64,000 nucleotides of DNA from a virus (Duplodnaviria > Caudoviricetes), in IMG/VR virus record IMGVR_UViG_3300049472_000168, positions 74,266 to 138,265 of that record; one strand, written 5' to 3'. The position numbers were made by a program, and so were the translations under genes. Below the pieces are notes generated by a model. The model saw nothing but the letters and a program-made list of their open reading frames with translations, did no database searches and was not told where the DNA came from. Positions 28,279-38,925 of the stretch are shown here, in pieces. Position 1 is the stretch's first letter. Every line of letters begins with the position of its first letter.

Positions 28279-28629
28279 ATGGCTCAGACTCTTAATATCA
28301 CAGTAGATCAGGGTTCGGACTACGAGCAAATCTTGACCTTCAAAGACTCCACAGGAACCCCCATCAATATCACGGGATGGACTTTTGCGGGTCAAGCCAG
28401 AACCAGTATCGAAGCCGCGAGTCCTAGCGTTACCTTTGATTTTACCCTTTTGGCGCAAAGCGGCGCAACCCTGGGCCAGGTCGTCTGGACGGTCCCCGCA
28501 GCCGAAACCGAACCCCTGGGAACCTCGCAAGTGGTCTTGGTCTATGATGTAGAACGAATCGATGCGTCAGCTAAGGTCTTAAGAATTCTTCAGGGTACTA
28601 TGACGATTAATCCGGAGGTTACTCGTTAA
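28279..28629 (+). CDS. Ig-like structural protein (BppU N-terminal-like)
   Basis: VDQGSD...PINITGW...YDVE...RILQG...PEVTR; AATCTT-N8-ATG. Confidence 0.7.
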   Translation: MAQTLNITVDQGSDYEQILTFKDSTGTPINITGWTFAGQARTSIEAASPSVTFDFTLLAQSGATLGQVVWTVPAAETEPLGTSQVVLVYDVERIDASAKVLRILQGTMTINPEVTR

Positions 28630-29196
28630 ATGCCGACTGACTGCACCCCAGTCGATGTCATTCAACAACCCGTAGAACTCGAAGTCCTACAGGTACAGAA
28701 TCCTATTGACATCCTCCAGACTTCTACTGAAATCGATATTGAGGCCTCGACTAGTCCTATCGATGTTGTCCAGACCTCCACTCCTATCGATGTTGTCCAG
28801 ACCACTGTTCCTCTTGATATCTCACAGTCTCTGAGTCCTATTGAAGTCGTCCAGACCTCGACAGGAATCGAGATAACTGAGGTCCAGAATCCGATTGAAC
28901 TCATCCAGAGCACGCCTCAGATTGAGATTCAACAGACCTCTCCTGTCATCGATGTCTCGACTCCAGGTGTCCAGGGTGTTCCTGGTCTAGGTTCGCCTTG
29001 GATCACATATGCCATGTTGTGGGATACGGCCCCTACGGTTGCAGGCAGCGTTGCTGCCGGAACCGTCTTTACTTACACCCTAGATGGAAATACTCGTTAC
29101 CGCTTGGTACCGGAACCTTACGATCCTAGTGATGACGCCTTTTATGGCAGCTTCGCCGGGATGGTGTTGTCAGATCTTATCGTAGCCAGAGCCTAA
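28630..29196 (+). CDS. structural protein with 9-aa tandem repeats
   Basis: ~11 PI[DE][VI]xQT[ST]x units. Confidence 0.7.
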   Translation: MPTDCTPVDVIQQPVELEVLQVQNPIDILQTSTEIDIEASTSPIDVVQTSTPIDVVQTTVPLDISQSLSPIEVVQTSTGIEITEVQNPIELIQSTPQIEIQQTSPVIDVSTPGVQGVPGLGSPWITYAMLWDTAPTVAGSVAAGTVFTYTLDGNTRYRLVPEPYDPSDDAFYGSFAGMVLSDLIVARA

Positions 29197-29208
29197 GGAA
29201 AATTATAG

Positions 29209-30900
29209 ATGTCTATTAATACAGATTTTGAGATTCAGAACGACAAAGATATCCGATATATTGGTGCCGCCCATGGTGCATCTGGAGCAGGTTACTACAC
29301 TGTTCTGGAGTTCCATAGATGGTTGCAAGATTTGGCAGATGATGCGTCTTCGGCTGGGGATGATTTTCTGGATATCACGCGAGATACCCCCTCCGATAAG
29401 TCGTTCGACACCATTATCAATTTGATCAATGGATTCAATGTTGATGATACGGCGGCGGAACACCTATATGGCGGATCCATTCTGCAAACCAACGGAGATG
29501 TAATCTACGACGGTGTTCAGATCGTTGCTAATGCCGGTGTCCATGTTGAAATCGTTCAGAACGGCGCAATTATTGCGAATGATTTCTGGAACTCGGTTCC
29601 ATTTGGATCAAGTAACAAAGGCTTGAATCCCGATGTTGCGACTGGTACGGCAGCTCGATTTATGATTAAAGTCCGGACTGGAGCGGCTGATATCGATGGG
29701 CGTCGTCTATTGTTCCAAACCAGAGAATGGGGATTTACCTACTCTGAATTCAGGGTTCCAGGAACAGGCCGTGGTATCAACGTCGTACCTCTGACCTATG
29801 CAGTTGACCTAAATAATCAGACTGTCATCGGTACCATTGCTGCTATTGGCGATATCGCAAACGGCACCGAGGGCTACAACGGTATAGATGTCAATAATGA
29901 TGGCTCCAATGAGTTCTATTACTCAGAGTGGGATCGTGGTGCGAACTCGATAAATACATTCTACGAAAGAATGAAATGGCTGACCCGACGAGGATCGGCT
30001 TCAACAATCTACGGCCTCAATGGTGAGTTGTTCCGTGGCATCACACACGAAATCAATATAGATACCCCTACTGGTACTTTCGATGCCAGCGAAAACGTGT
30101 CTTGGTCTGGTGGTACCGGCAGGATGCTGGCAATTAATAGCCCTACGGCAGGAACCAAGATGTGGATCCAGCTACTTACCGGTGTTGCCCCGACCGACAA
30201 CCAGACTATCACTGGCGGCACTTCATCTGCAACCTGTCTGGTTAACGTCACAGTCACGGACCGCACTCTATCATTTCCGTTCTGTGGCGTTTCTACCGGT
30301 ACCAGCCTCATCGGCGCGTTCGGTTTCGGTGTCGAAGCTCTTGATCTGTCTGCAAACGATAAGGTTTTCGACCTAACAAATACTCAGCGCCAGGCTCCGA
30401 ACTACGTATCCTTCACGGTACAAGGAATCGTAAGCGGCGAGGACTATGTCCTGGTTGCCCCTGCTAGCGGCGGCGTCATCGATCTAGACTTCTTTACTCT
30501 TAATGGAGCCCTGACCGGAGCCGCTGTAACTAGCGTAGTCGTCAATGAGGCTATTCCGGGCGACACCCCGGCCACAGGAACGCTCCGTATTCTAAGGGCA
30601 AGCGGTGCTTATTCACGGCATCCTTACAGTGCGTATAATGCGGGTACAAAGACCTTTACAATTACTAGCCATGATTTTTCGTCTAATAATGCCGCTGATG
30701 ATGCCAACTGTTATCCTAGCTATATCGACAAACTCGCAGCTGCTACCAGCGAAGCCTTCACAACGGTCTATGTCTCTGATCGGTCTTTGTATGTCCGTGT
30801 CCGAGACGGTGGCGTGACACCAATTAAAACATTTGAATCTACCGGTACCCTTGGTTCCGCAGGCGGCAGCGCAACAGCAGTACGTACTAGCGACGCATAA
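29209..30900 (+). CDS. virion structural protein
   Basis: 563 aa, G/T/S/A-rich beta composition; AAGGA SD. Confidence 0.65.
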   Translation: MSINTDFEIQNDKDIRYIGAAHGASGAGYYTVLEFHRWLQDLADDASSAGDDFLDITRDTPSDKSFDTIINLINGFNVDDTAAEHLYGGSILQTNGDVIYDGVQIVANAGVHVEIVQNGAIIANDFWNSVPFGSSNKGLNPDVATGTAARFMIKVRTGAADIDGRRLLFQTREWGFTYSEFRVPGTGRGINVVPLTYAVDLNNQTVIGTIAAIGDIANGTEGYNGIDVNNDGSNEFYYSEWDRGANSINTFYERMKWLTRRGSASTIYGLNGELFRGITHEINIDTPTGTFDASENVSWSGGTGRMLAINSPTAGTKMWIQLLTGVAPTDNQTITGGTSSATCLVNVTVTDRTLSFPFCGVSTGTSLIGAFGFGVEALDLSANDKVFDLTNTQRQAPNYVSFTVQGIVSGEDYVLVAPASGGVIDLDFFTLNGALTGAAVTSVVVNEAIPGDTPATGTLRILRASGAYSRHPYSAYNAGTKTFTITSHDFSSNNAADDANCYPSYIDKLAAATSEAFTTVYVSDRSLYVRVRDGGVTPIKTFESTGTLGSAGGSATAVRTSDA

Positions 30901-30912
30901 TACGGAGATGGA

Positions 30913-33747
30913 ATGGCCAATCAAACCGTTAGTGCTAACGCAAATTTTGACGACGCAGGAATCAGCGGTCTAGCTAACGGCGAAGATATCACCATCAATA
31001 CTGGCGCCACATTAACTATTAACAGTGATGTCAGATGGGGTCAGCAAGCAGCCGTTATCGGGGCTATCACGATTGATAGTAGTACAGGAGGCACCTGTAC
31101 GATTGACGGTACCGATGTCTGGTGGATTCCGTTTGATGCCTCGTCTGGAAACGTGCCGACCCTGGGGACGGCGGGAACCGAAGATTGTACGGGCAGCGTC
31201 GCTGGGTCCGGTGAATTCCTCGGCATCTGGACGGCGCTCGGCGTGGCTCCTTCGGCTTCTGGCGGTGCGATGCCAGGGACGGGATTCCTCAAGTTAAGGC
31301 AGCGTTCGGTCGCGTTCGCCGATAACGAGGTCATTACGTTGCCAGGCGGCGCAACCTGTACCGTCAACAGCACGACCGGTGGCCAGCGCGGGTGGATTCA
31401 TGTTGTAGGGGAAGAAGCCGCGACAATCACTGTTCCTCGTGTCGGTCGATTCGAGTCTTTGGGTGATTGGTTTGAATTAGGTACTACCAATGGATCTGAT
31501 GATCAGACGTTTCAGTTTTATGTTGCTGATCAGTGTCCTGCTATCCAGGTAGAAACTGGTTCTGGGACCGGTATTTACGAATGGTGGGTTTGCGCCGGTA
31601 CGACAAGATGGGCGCAAGCTAATTTGCGTGTAGCTACAGATGCTCGTGGCAAGATGTTCGGATGTTCTACGGCTGGAGTCATAACAATTGCAACTAGAGT
31701 AGGGAACGACTCAGGTTTCAAGCCTGTGTCTGGTTGCAAGGTGAGGGTTCCGAATATTCACTACTCATCAAGCACTTCGGCAAACTGGGCCACAAATTTA
31801 CGCAATACAACATTGGCTACGAGATGGGATTTTACCACTACGTCAGCAGGAGATATCGAATTAGATAAGTCGTCTCTTAATATCTATGCATCTTTTTCGC
31901 AGCCCTATGCCGTTGTGGTTACTGATTGCGGCTTCCTGGATCAGCTTCTGATTTCCGAGTGTGCGACGGAGCCCGTACTGACTAGGGCAGTAGTTGGTCT
32001 TTCGGCAGCGATTGATACCGCACCGATAAGCATAGCGTCATGCTTTTCTGGCGTCACAATGGACGGGTGCGTGGCCCTTAAGTACGAAGCGGAAAGCGCA
32101 GATACCGGAACTACGGTAACCGACTGTGACGATGTCACGATCACAGGCGGCATTTATTACACGTTCGGCGACAATACTGCGGCAACCCTGAACCGTGGCG
32201 CTGGTAGCACCGGCGCACTGACGCTTACCCGTGTGACAAATAGCGTGCTCAACGATGTTGCTGTTATCGGCGCATCGTGCAGGATTGTCTCGTGCATCAA
32301 TGTTCAGATCAACGACCTGGTTTTCGGGCATCAGGTCGAGGGGCAGACGACCAACAGCACGAACCCTGTTTCGGCTATCGACATCAGCGGTGCTTCGGCG
32401 GACATCGTTGTCGATGGGTACGGCGGGAACTTCGCAGCGATAGCGAACATTCACCCCTACAACGCAATTGTTGCTATCGCTGCATCCTATGATTGTACGG
32501 TTCAGAATATCGGAACCCCTGCTTCTCCCTATGATTGTGGTAGCGCGAACGCATGTGCCGGTGGTGTCGCCCTGGGCGGTAACGGTTCTGGTCATAAAAT
32601 CAAGAGAGTCTACACCACGAATGCCAGAACAGGCGGTGCCACCGACACGAACTCGGATGCGAGGATCGAATACGTCAACGTTTGGGGCGACGGAGCGGAT
32701 ACGGGCTTTGTATTGAATGCCCTGAACTCAACCGCCAAGGGGCTGCGCTCGACAAACCCAACAACCGGTGCCACGGCAGTTTATGGTACCCATTTCTACG
32801 ATACATTTGTGAGTACGACTGAAGCCAGACTCGTATTTTTGGCCAATGAACCAACCGATCTAAGTGGTACCAAACTACAGACAACCGCAGGAACAGCGGT
32901 TTATACCTCGACGGGTCAGGTGAAGCTACTGGCCGTCAATGATGCAATCGTTTGGGAAATGGACTACTTCTGTCTCGGGTGGACGGCGCTGAATAACGCT
33001 TCGCCAACGTTCAGCGGAACCAACTCGGCAAATCACACCATAGATTATCAGATCGATACCGGATCCGGCTGGTCCAGTTGGAAGACTGCAAACGGTACCA
33101 ATCTGTCGGGAGAGACTATAAGCTCTACCACTGGATTCAGGCTCAAGCTGCGGGCAACCTGCAACAGCGCCAGCACAACAAATGCAATTATTAATATCAG
33201 GATCACAGGGACCACAACTTCTGGTGCCCAACAGGAACAATATCCTCTGCAAACCGTTCCAGTTTCGGTAACTACATTAGATGCAGCTAGTTCCTCTGAT
33301 ATCGAATCGGCTCGGATTCTCCTCAGAGCATCTACAGGCAGCACTGTTACGATTACTAGGGCCAGCAGCACGGCTACCGTTACTCATACGGCACATGGAT
33401 TCCGGAATGGCAAAAAAGTTGTTATATCGGGAGCAGTTGAAGGCGAATATAACGGGATCAAAACCATAACGGTTGTTGACGCCAACACCTACACCTATAC
33501 CGTGAGCGGAACTCCAGCTACCCCAGCAACGGGAACAATTACGTCGTATCGTGTCATTCTAGACGGAGCCACGGATTCCAACGGATTGCTAACAGACCCC
33601 GAAGTCGAATTGATTGGGTCCAGCCTTGCGGTATCGGGTACGGCAAGAAAAGGAACAGCGGCACCATACTATAAACCAACACCGTTGTCCGGAACCGTGT
33701 CTACCTCTGGTCTTTCCATTACGTCGTATCTGGTCGGAGACGCATAA
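30913..33747 (+). CDS. tail spike/fibre-like protein with beta-helix region and C-terminal FCCH-like domain
   Basis: Pectin-lyase-like stretch; TATVTHTAHGF..GKKVVISGA...YNG...ITVVDANTYTY. Confidence 0.6.
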   Translation: MANQTVSANANFDDAGISGLANGEDITINTGATLTINSDVRWGQQAAVIGAITIDSSTGGTCTIDGTDVWWIPFDASSGNVPTLGTAGTEDCTGSVAGSGEFLGIWTALGVAPSASGGAMPGTGFLKLRQRSVAFADNEVITLPGGATCTVNSTTGGQRGWIHVVGEEAATITVPRVGRFESLGDWFELGTTNGSDDQTFQFYVADQCPAIQVETGSGTGIYEWWVCAGTTRWAQANLRVATDARGKMFGCSTAGVITIATRVGNDSGFKPVSGCKVRVPNIHYSSSTSANWATNLRNTTLATRWDFTTTSAGDIELDKSSLNIYASFSQPYAVVVTDCGFLDQLLISECATEPVLTRAVVGLSAAIDTAPISIASCFSGVTMDGCVALKYEAESADTGTTVTDCDDVTITGGIYYTFGDNTAATLNRGAGSTGALTLTRVTNSVLNDVAVIGASCRIVSCINVQINDLVFGHQVEGQTTNSTNPVSAIDISGASADIVVDGYGGNFAAIANIHPYNAIVAIAASYDCTVQNIGTPASPYDCGSANACAGGVALGGNGSGHKIKRVYTTNARTGGATDTNSDARIEYVNVWGDGADTGFVLNALNSTAKGLRSTNPTTGATAVYGTHFYDTFVSTTEARLVFLANEPTDLSGTKLQTTAGTAVYTSTGQVKLLAVNDAIVWEMDYFCLGWTALNNASPTFSGTNSANHTIDYQIDTGSGWSSWKTANGTNLSGETISSTTGFRLKLRATCNSASTTNAIINIRITGTTTSGAQQEQYPLQTVPVSVTTLDAASSSDIESARILLRASTGSTVTITRASSTATVTHTAHGFRNGKKVVISGAVEGEYNGIKTITVVDANTYTYTVSGTPATPATGTITSYRVILDGATDSNGLLTDPEVELIGSSLAVSGTARKGTAAPYYKPTPLSGTVSTSGLSITSYLVGDA

Positions 33748-34281
33748 ATGGCGATTTCGATGAATTGGCTGACTCAAAGAATTACGATACCTCAATCAGA
33801 CCTTGTCCTGGTCTCAGGGGTTCTCTACGATCTTGATGTCAATGCGTTAAGGCTTCAACTGAAGGACCTGGAGGATGGCGAAGGTATCGTTTTCCCCGAT
33901 ACCCATCGGCATAATACCGAAGTCACGCTTTCTGGAGTCACCTATGCCAGAACCTTCGAGATGATTAATGGCTACACCATCGAATTCCAGAATACCGGAA
34001 CACCTTATACAGTGAGATGTACGGGGGCCAATCACAACCTGGCCGATGTCTTTGTCCCCGGAGCCTCGGGGGTCAGCCTAATCATCGGCAACTCAGCAGG
34101 CTTGATTGTTGCTGGCGGTGGTGGAGGTGGCGGCTACACCCCGGCCCAAATCGCCGATGCCGTCTGGGATGAGACAAAATCGACACATACGACGCCAGGC
34201 AGCATGGGCGATGCCTTTGAAATCATCAATGAAGGCATCAAGAAGGCGTCGATTCTGGTTCCTCATCTTGAGGATGTCTAG
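33748..34281 (+). CDS. structural protein
   Basis: Abuts the upstream gene; IADAVWDE...PGSMG motif seen in fibre-associated proteins. Confidence 0.6.
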   Translation: MAISMNWLTQRITIPQSDLVLVSGVLYDLDVNALRLQLKDLEDGEGIVFPDTHRHNTEVTLSGVTYARTFEMINGYTIEFQNTGTPYTVRCTGANHNLADVFVPGASGVSLIIGNSAGLIVAGGGGGGGYTPAQIADAVWDETKSTHTTPGSMGDAFEIINEGIKKASILVPHLEDV

Positions 34282-34286
34282 AGTAT

Positions 34287-34784
34287 TTAATATTTCTTGC
34301 CGTTGTCCTTCAATCGGTTTTCGATCTTATGATCTTCTCGCGTAGCGTTGTATTCCATCTTCTCCAAGATGGCCCCTAGCAGGTCATAATTCTGATAGGC
34401 ACAGTAATCGAGGATTCGAATAACCGTATCGGCCATCTCGACTTCGGCCATGCGCCTGTGAGGCAGTTTGTCGTCCATCAGGTTTTTCCGCTCGCCTTCG
34501 AGGGCTTCGGATAGCTCCGAATGGATAAGTGCGATCATCTCTCCCTTGTTGCGCTCAAGCCTACCGCCGGTTTTCAGGTCGGTGTACCAACCAGCCTTGA
34601 CGGAGGCGTGATGGCAGGCATCGAGAAGGTCTTGGAACTTAACATCTTTGGTCATATCAATTGTCTCCATTTCGTAGCTGTAACAAACATAATCAATCTG
34701 TGGTCCTGTCGCACCAAAGCTTTTGAAGCTACGCACTGGCGTTGCTGGTAATTGGCTGGTACGAACAAAAACTCTACTCTCCAT
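34287..34784 (-). CDS. MazG-like NTP pyrophosphohydrolase
   Basis: ALIHSELSEALEG...EMADTVIRILD...KMEYN. Confidence 0.85.
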   Translation of the reverse strand: MESRVFVRTSQLPATPVRSFKSFGATGPQIDYVCYSYEMETIDMTKDVKFQDLLDACHHASVKAGWYTDLKTGGRLERNKGEMIALIHSELSEALEGERKNLMDDKLPHRRMAEVEMADTVIRILDYCAYQNYDLLGAILEKMEYNATREDHKIENRLKDNGKKY

Positions 34785-35037
34785 TTACTTCGGAGTCCGG
34801 AAAAAGCCGACATCGGAGTCCATAGACGTGATCATGTCTGTCGTAGGCCATTGATTTGGCGGAATCCTCAGACAGCGCCTCGACTACTTTTTGTATCGGA
34901 TATGTGAACCCAATGGCACCGATCTTGCGACCATGGAATTGTAGGACGTATTTCCTCTTCTTGGTGGGGCCTCCGATCATCGTGAGATCGGTCCCCGCCT
35001 TGAAGGCGTCTTCAGTTGCATCGATTCCTGATTTCAT
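34774..35037 (-). CDS. hypothetical protein
   Basis: Operonic ORF with SD. Confidence 0.5.
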   Translation of the reverse strand: MKSGIDATEDAFKAGTDLTMIGGPTKKRKYVLQFHGRKIGAIGFTYPIQKVVEALSEDSAKSMAYDRHDHVYGLRCRLFPDSEVNGE

Positions 35038-35527
35038 CGTGGATTCCTTGCAGCATATTCCAATGCTAGTTCGCGGGTTTCAAATGTTGCTACTAGACGG
35101 TAGTCTTTGGTGTAGAGCTGCCAATGAATTTTCTTTACCCTACCGACCCGAACAGCCACTGGGTCCATCAAGTATCCATGAATTGCGGTAGTTCTCGTCA
35201 TTTAATCCTATCCATGTCCGGTCGAGTCCAAGGGTGCGTCCGTCTTCCGACGTGCAGTCATATTCTCCTAGATCATCTGGACCCGACACAACAGTATTTT
35301 TTTCTATCAAACTTAGCTACCCATTTGGTGCCGATCAGATAATCAACGAAAGGAATGGGGGAGGCAGTTCCTTACCCTGCTCCACTGGTTCGATTTGGTA
35401 CTTGTAGTCGAGATCTGATCTCAATTGTGTTTGAATAAATTCCTGGGCTTTTTCATAATCCCTGAACCAACACATTAGAGTAGTATCATCATCTTCATCG
35501 CAGAGATTCCTAATCACGACATAGATC

Positions 35528-35740
35528 TTATTCATCGTAGGCCTCTTTGAGATTCTCGTACTCAAGCAAAGTATCTTCGATTTTTGCCGGAAGCAGATCA
35601 CAAGGTTTGCTATCTAGGCCCAGGATAGGATACATACCCGCCTGGACACGTCGTTTAACAACCTCCAGATGATGAATCGCCTTGTCCAGGAGATCGCGGG
35701 TTTCCCTTAGCTCCATCTGGTTTTCAAGTTCAGTTTTCAT
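35528..35740 (-). CDS. hypothetical protein
   Basis: ATGA overlap with upstream gene. Confidence 0.5.
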   Translation of the reverse strand: MKTELENQMELRETRDLLDKAIHHLEVVKRRVQAGMYPILGLDSKPCDLLPAKIEDTLLEYENLKEAYDE

Positions 35741-36024
35741 CGGTAAGCCATTCCGTAAGGAGTCACTGCTGATGCCCAGGTCTCAGGTTGATAGAGGTTT
35801 CCTCGGGCTCCCTTGGCAGGAGCCTTCCAGGTTGCTGCCTTCAAGATGTCTCCTGACTCCACATCTACGAAGCCGAAGACGGACCGAGACGATACATCGG
35901 TACAGACGATCTTGTGATATTTTCTGCCCTTCTCGACAACAAGGGTCTTCTTGAACGGGGTCTGGATACCTTTGGTATCGACGACATCCTGACAGAAAGC
36001 TACGAATTCCTGAAGTGTTTCCAT
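35737..36024 (-). CDS. conserved phage hypothetical protein
   Basis: KYHKIV...SVFGFVD..GDILKAATWKAPAKGARGN; promoter TTGACA-N17-TATATT-N6-ATG (36031-36059). Confidence 0.75.
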   Translation of the reverse strand: METLQEFVAFCQDVVDTKGIQTPFKKTLVVEKGRKYHKIVCTDVSSRSVFGFVDVESGDILKAATWKAPAKGARGNLYQPETWASAVTPYGMAYR

Positions 36025-36061
36025 TTATTTAATATATCCGAAGTCCGAGAGAATGTCAATA

Positions 36062-36328
36062 TTATTCAATAAATAAATGATAGACCAGTTTCTGGGGGCC
36101 AATTACCGTACCGATGTAGGTATGACCTGGATCTTCGTCTCCGGTATAGACTACATGGATTTGACGCACTTTTACGTAGGAGTGGTCTACTCTGGCCCAA
36201 ATCGCTAGATTGTATTCATCCCCGGGATCTACTCCTACGGATAAGACAGTGTCGAGTTTCTCCGGTAGCAGCATGGGATGAATCCCTGGGTACATCGGAA
36301 GCGTATATTTGTAGATTTTAGTCATCAT
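36062..36328 (-). CDS. conserved phage hypothetical protein
   Basis: KIYKY.L...IWARVD...YIGTV....VYHLF. Confidence 0.65.
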   Translation of the reverse strand: MMTKIYKYTLPMYPGIHPMLLPEKLDTVLSVGVDPGDEYNLAIWARVDHSYVKVRQIHVVYTGDEDPGHTYIGTVIGPQKLVYHLFIE

Positions 36329-36659
36329 TGTTGTTTAGCCTCAATTGCTCTTCTAAAAACGGGCCTTTGACTCGGTCCCACTTGGCGATGCAGGCCGGGT
36401 GGATTTCAAAAGTTCGGGGGTCATGGCCCAAGAAATCTCGTAGCTCGTCGTGACCAAATCCCCCACGCGCCGCAAGGCGCTCTGCACTTTGGCCTGGATA
36501 CAGGGCCGCATAGACGTGCCACGCCTCGATATGCTCCTCCCAGGTGATTGAGCCTGGTGGCAACGCCTTCAGGTATCGTCCGCCCCAACCTAGCTTGTCC
36601 AGCTCCCAGCCCTGGTCGCCCTGTACCGGTGCGCGCCGGATATCTTCCTTAATTGTCAT
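36318..36659 (-). CDS. hypothetical protein
   Basis: QSAERLAARGGFG motif. Confidence 0.6.
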   Translation of the reverse strand: MTIKEDIRRAPVQGDQGWELDKLGWGGRYLKALPPGSITWEEHIEAWHVYAALYPGQSAERLAARGGFGHDELRDFLGHDPRTFEIHPACIAKWDRVKGPFLEEQLRLNNNDD

Positions 36660-36692
36660 TTATTCCCAAAATACAGGATTATGAACCAGAAG

Positions 36693-38147
36693 TCAAATAG
36701 AAATTTTCCATTTCGTTGTTCCCAGATCCCAGATCCTGGAATATCCGGCAGCTATAGCTAGTTCTCGTTCTGTTTTGTTAGGGTCTCCTCCAAACCTCTT
36801 AAGTAAGATGTCCTTCCTCAAGGTAAAGCGGTGATATCTCTTCTGGGATTTTACGTAGTGGTAGGACTGCGGAGATCTACTGACCTCAACAAATCCAGAA
36901 GCAGCATAGACATCGCCTCGACTCCATCTATTGTCTGAATAGGAGAATACCTCAGTAGCTCCTGTCTTGGCTTTGAAGGCTTTTAGGATTCTACTCAGCC
37001 CTCCTGGTATCGAATGGTTCGGCTTGGAACAAAACCTAGACAATTCCCATTCATTTGGCTTGATTCCTCGGCTTGGATTGCCTCTAGCAAACGTAGCTAT
37101 AGCCACCAGGTTCCCGACGTACGATAGTCCGATATGGATTCCAGGTCTCGACTTCTGAAGATGCCAGTTTCCCACAACTTCTCTGGCTTTCTCAGGAGAG
37201 ATTTCGACAACTTCGCACTTCCTGGCCCCTATAGAAACCTCGTTTTGGCCAAGAATAGATCGCAACCTGGCCTTTACCTTCTCTTCAGATTGCAGCCATT
37301 CATCTTCAAAGATGACGATAAGTCTACCTCCTGTGCTGGCTATTTTGTCTGCTTTGGTCTTGATCCTAGTCTTGGCATCAGCTCCCAGGGCTTTTTCGCT
37401 GTGCCAGTAGAGACCATCATATTCTATGGCGATTTTACGGTCAGGGACCCAGATATCCACCTCCAGAGGAGGAATTATTTTACGACTCCTGGAATAGGCT
37501 TCGACTCCAAGACTTCTAATGTAATCGTATATCTTAGTCTCCGCCTTTGACGCTTCGCATCCACAGCTCCTCCAGATACCGGACAAAAATCCGTTTATTT
37601 TGGGATAAAACTTGTCACCACAACTACATATTACCTCTATTTTTTGGTGGACACCAGAAATCGGTCCAGTTCTGCTAGAGTCCTGAACCTTACACCCACC
37701 AGAAGCCGCTATATCATATAAATCCTCGTAAGTATATGTTGATGTCTTGACCTTCCCGTCCCTGGGTAGACATCCGCAACTTTTTACATACCCATGAACC
37801 AATCGATAGACCTCAGGGGAAAATTCGACACCACACCGACAAATGAGCCTGATTCGGTCATCGGCCTTCAGGTGCCGGGAAAAATCTACAACTACAAACC
37901 CTTTAGCGATAGCGGCTTCTTTGATTTTTTCTGGTGTGTTGAGTCCTGGCTTCCCTTTATTGCAAGAACAACAACGCTGTCCTTTTAGAATTGTCCAGGC
38001 CATAGCATTAAAGTTACCGCCGCACTTCTCACAGATCGCTGTTACCTTAGTTTTGGTTGTTACTTTGTGGGGCAAATCAACAAACTCTAGGTCCGTCAGG
38101 AGTAGTTTTTCAGTAACAGTAAGAGCGGTAATCTTTTTATTGTCCAT
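36693..38147 (-). CDS. Hef-like homing endonuclease: Zn-ribbon repeats + Vsr/PD-(D/E)xK nuclease + GNAT-like C-terminal domain
   Basis: C.CG...SCGC repeats; EVDIWVP..KIAIEYDGLYWHS; WELSRFCS...SYSDNRW...Y...GF. Confidence 0.8.
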   Translation of the reverse strand: MDNKKITALTVTEKLLLTDLEFVDLPHKVTTKTKVTAICEKCGGNFNAMAWTILKGQRCCSCNKGKPGLNTPEKIKEAAIAKGFVVVDFSRHLKADDRIRLICRCGVEFSPEVYRLVHGYVKSCGCLPRDGKVKTSTYTYEDLYDIAASGGCKVQDSSRTGPISGVHQKIEVICSCGDKFYPKINGFLSGIWRSCGCEASKAETKIYDYIRSLGVEAYSRSRKIIPPLEVDIWVPDRKIAIEYDGLYWHSEKALGADAKTRIKTKADKIASTGGRLIVIFEDEWLQSEEKVKARLRSILGQNEVSIGARKCEVVEISPEKAREVVGNWHLQKSRPGIHIGLSYVGNLVAIATFARGNPSRGIKPNEWELSRFCSKPNHSIPGGLSRILKAFKAKTGATEVFSYSDNRWSRGDVYAASGFVEVSRSPQSYHYVKSQKRYHRFTLRKDILLKRFGGDPNKTERELAIAAGYSRIWDLGTTKWKISI

Positions 38148-38165
38148 AAAAGAAAGGTTCTCTAG

Positions 38166-38642
38166 ATGTCTGCATCAAATATAGTACATGGAGCAAGAGC
38201 CAAAGTCTTGATTAATAACAAGCTGATTGGTTTCTTCTCGAATGTTAGCTTCGGCCTAACCTACGAGGCTCAGCCCGCGTATGTCTTAGGTAAGTTTGCA
38301 CCTGCTTCTATAGATTATGTCGCCCAAGACGTGGTCCAGATCACAGCCTCTGGCTGGAAAGTAGCCGGGGCTGGTTGGCATGATGGTGCAGGTCTTCCTA
38401 AGCTCCAAGATTTGCTGACTGCTGACTACATGGACTTCCTTGTTATGGACCGCGTCAGCAATGCCCAGCTGGCCCATATCAAAAATGTCAGGGCAACTTC
38501 AGCTTCTGGCGGATTCTCCAATAGGCAGCTGTCTGAATCCACCTTCACCTTCATGGGCATCTATATCAGCGATGACTCCGCAAGTGGTGGAAACGAAGAG
38601 GATGCCACGGCGAACCTGGGTACCGAAATCGGCGGGTCCTAA
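38166..38642 (+). CDS. putative tail tube protein
   Basis: HGARAKV.I....IG...VS...Y...PAYVLG pattern of myovirus tube proteins; AATCTT at 38130. Confidence 0.65.
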   Translation: MSASNIVHGARAKVLINNKLIGFFSNVSFGLTYEAQPAYVLGKFAPASIDYVAQDVVQITASGWKVAGAGWHDGAGLPKLQDLLTADYMDFLVMDRVSNAQLAHIKNVRATSASGGFSNRQLSESTFTFMGIYISDDSASGGNEEDATANLGTEIGGS

Positions 38643-38890
38643 TCGCGTCGGGTAGTTCCAGGAATCATCCAGTCCTCAAGTGAAGAAGACCACCCCAAAA
38701 GGGTGGTCTTCTTCGCTTTTCTGATGTGTCCGGACTCCAGGACGAGTTCGATGAACTGTGGCGAGACCTGGTATTTTTCAACTACTTTGTGGGCATTGCC
38801 GTAGTTAAAAACAGTGTAGTCACCAATCCTAAAGTCCTGAGCCGGTTTGGCCTGGACATAACCTATACCTTGGAGATGAATCATTGGCAT
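38639..38890 (-). CDS. hypothetical protein
   Basis: Promoter TTGACA-N17-TACATT-N6-ATG (38897-38925). Confidence 0.7.
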   Translation of the reverse strand: MPMIHLQGIGYVQAKPAQDFRIGDYTVFNYGNAHKVVEKYQVSPQFIELVLESGHIRKAKKTTLLGWSSSLEDWMIPGTTRRD

Positions 38891-38925
38891 TTATTAAATG
38901 TACCAGATCGGTCTCCGGATGTCAA

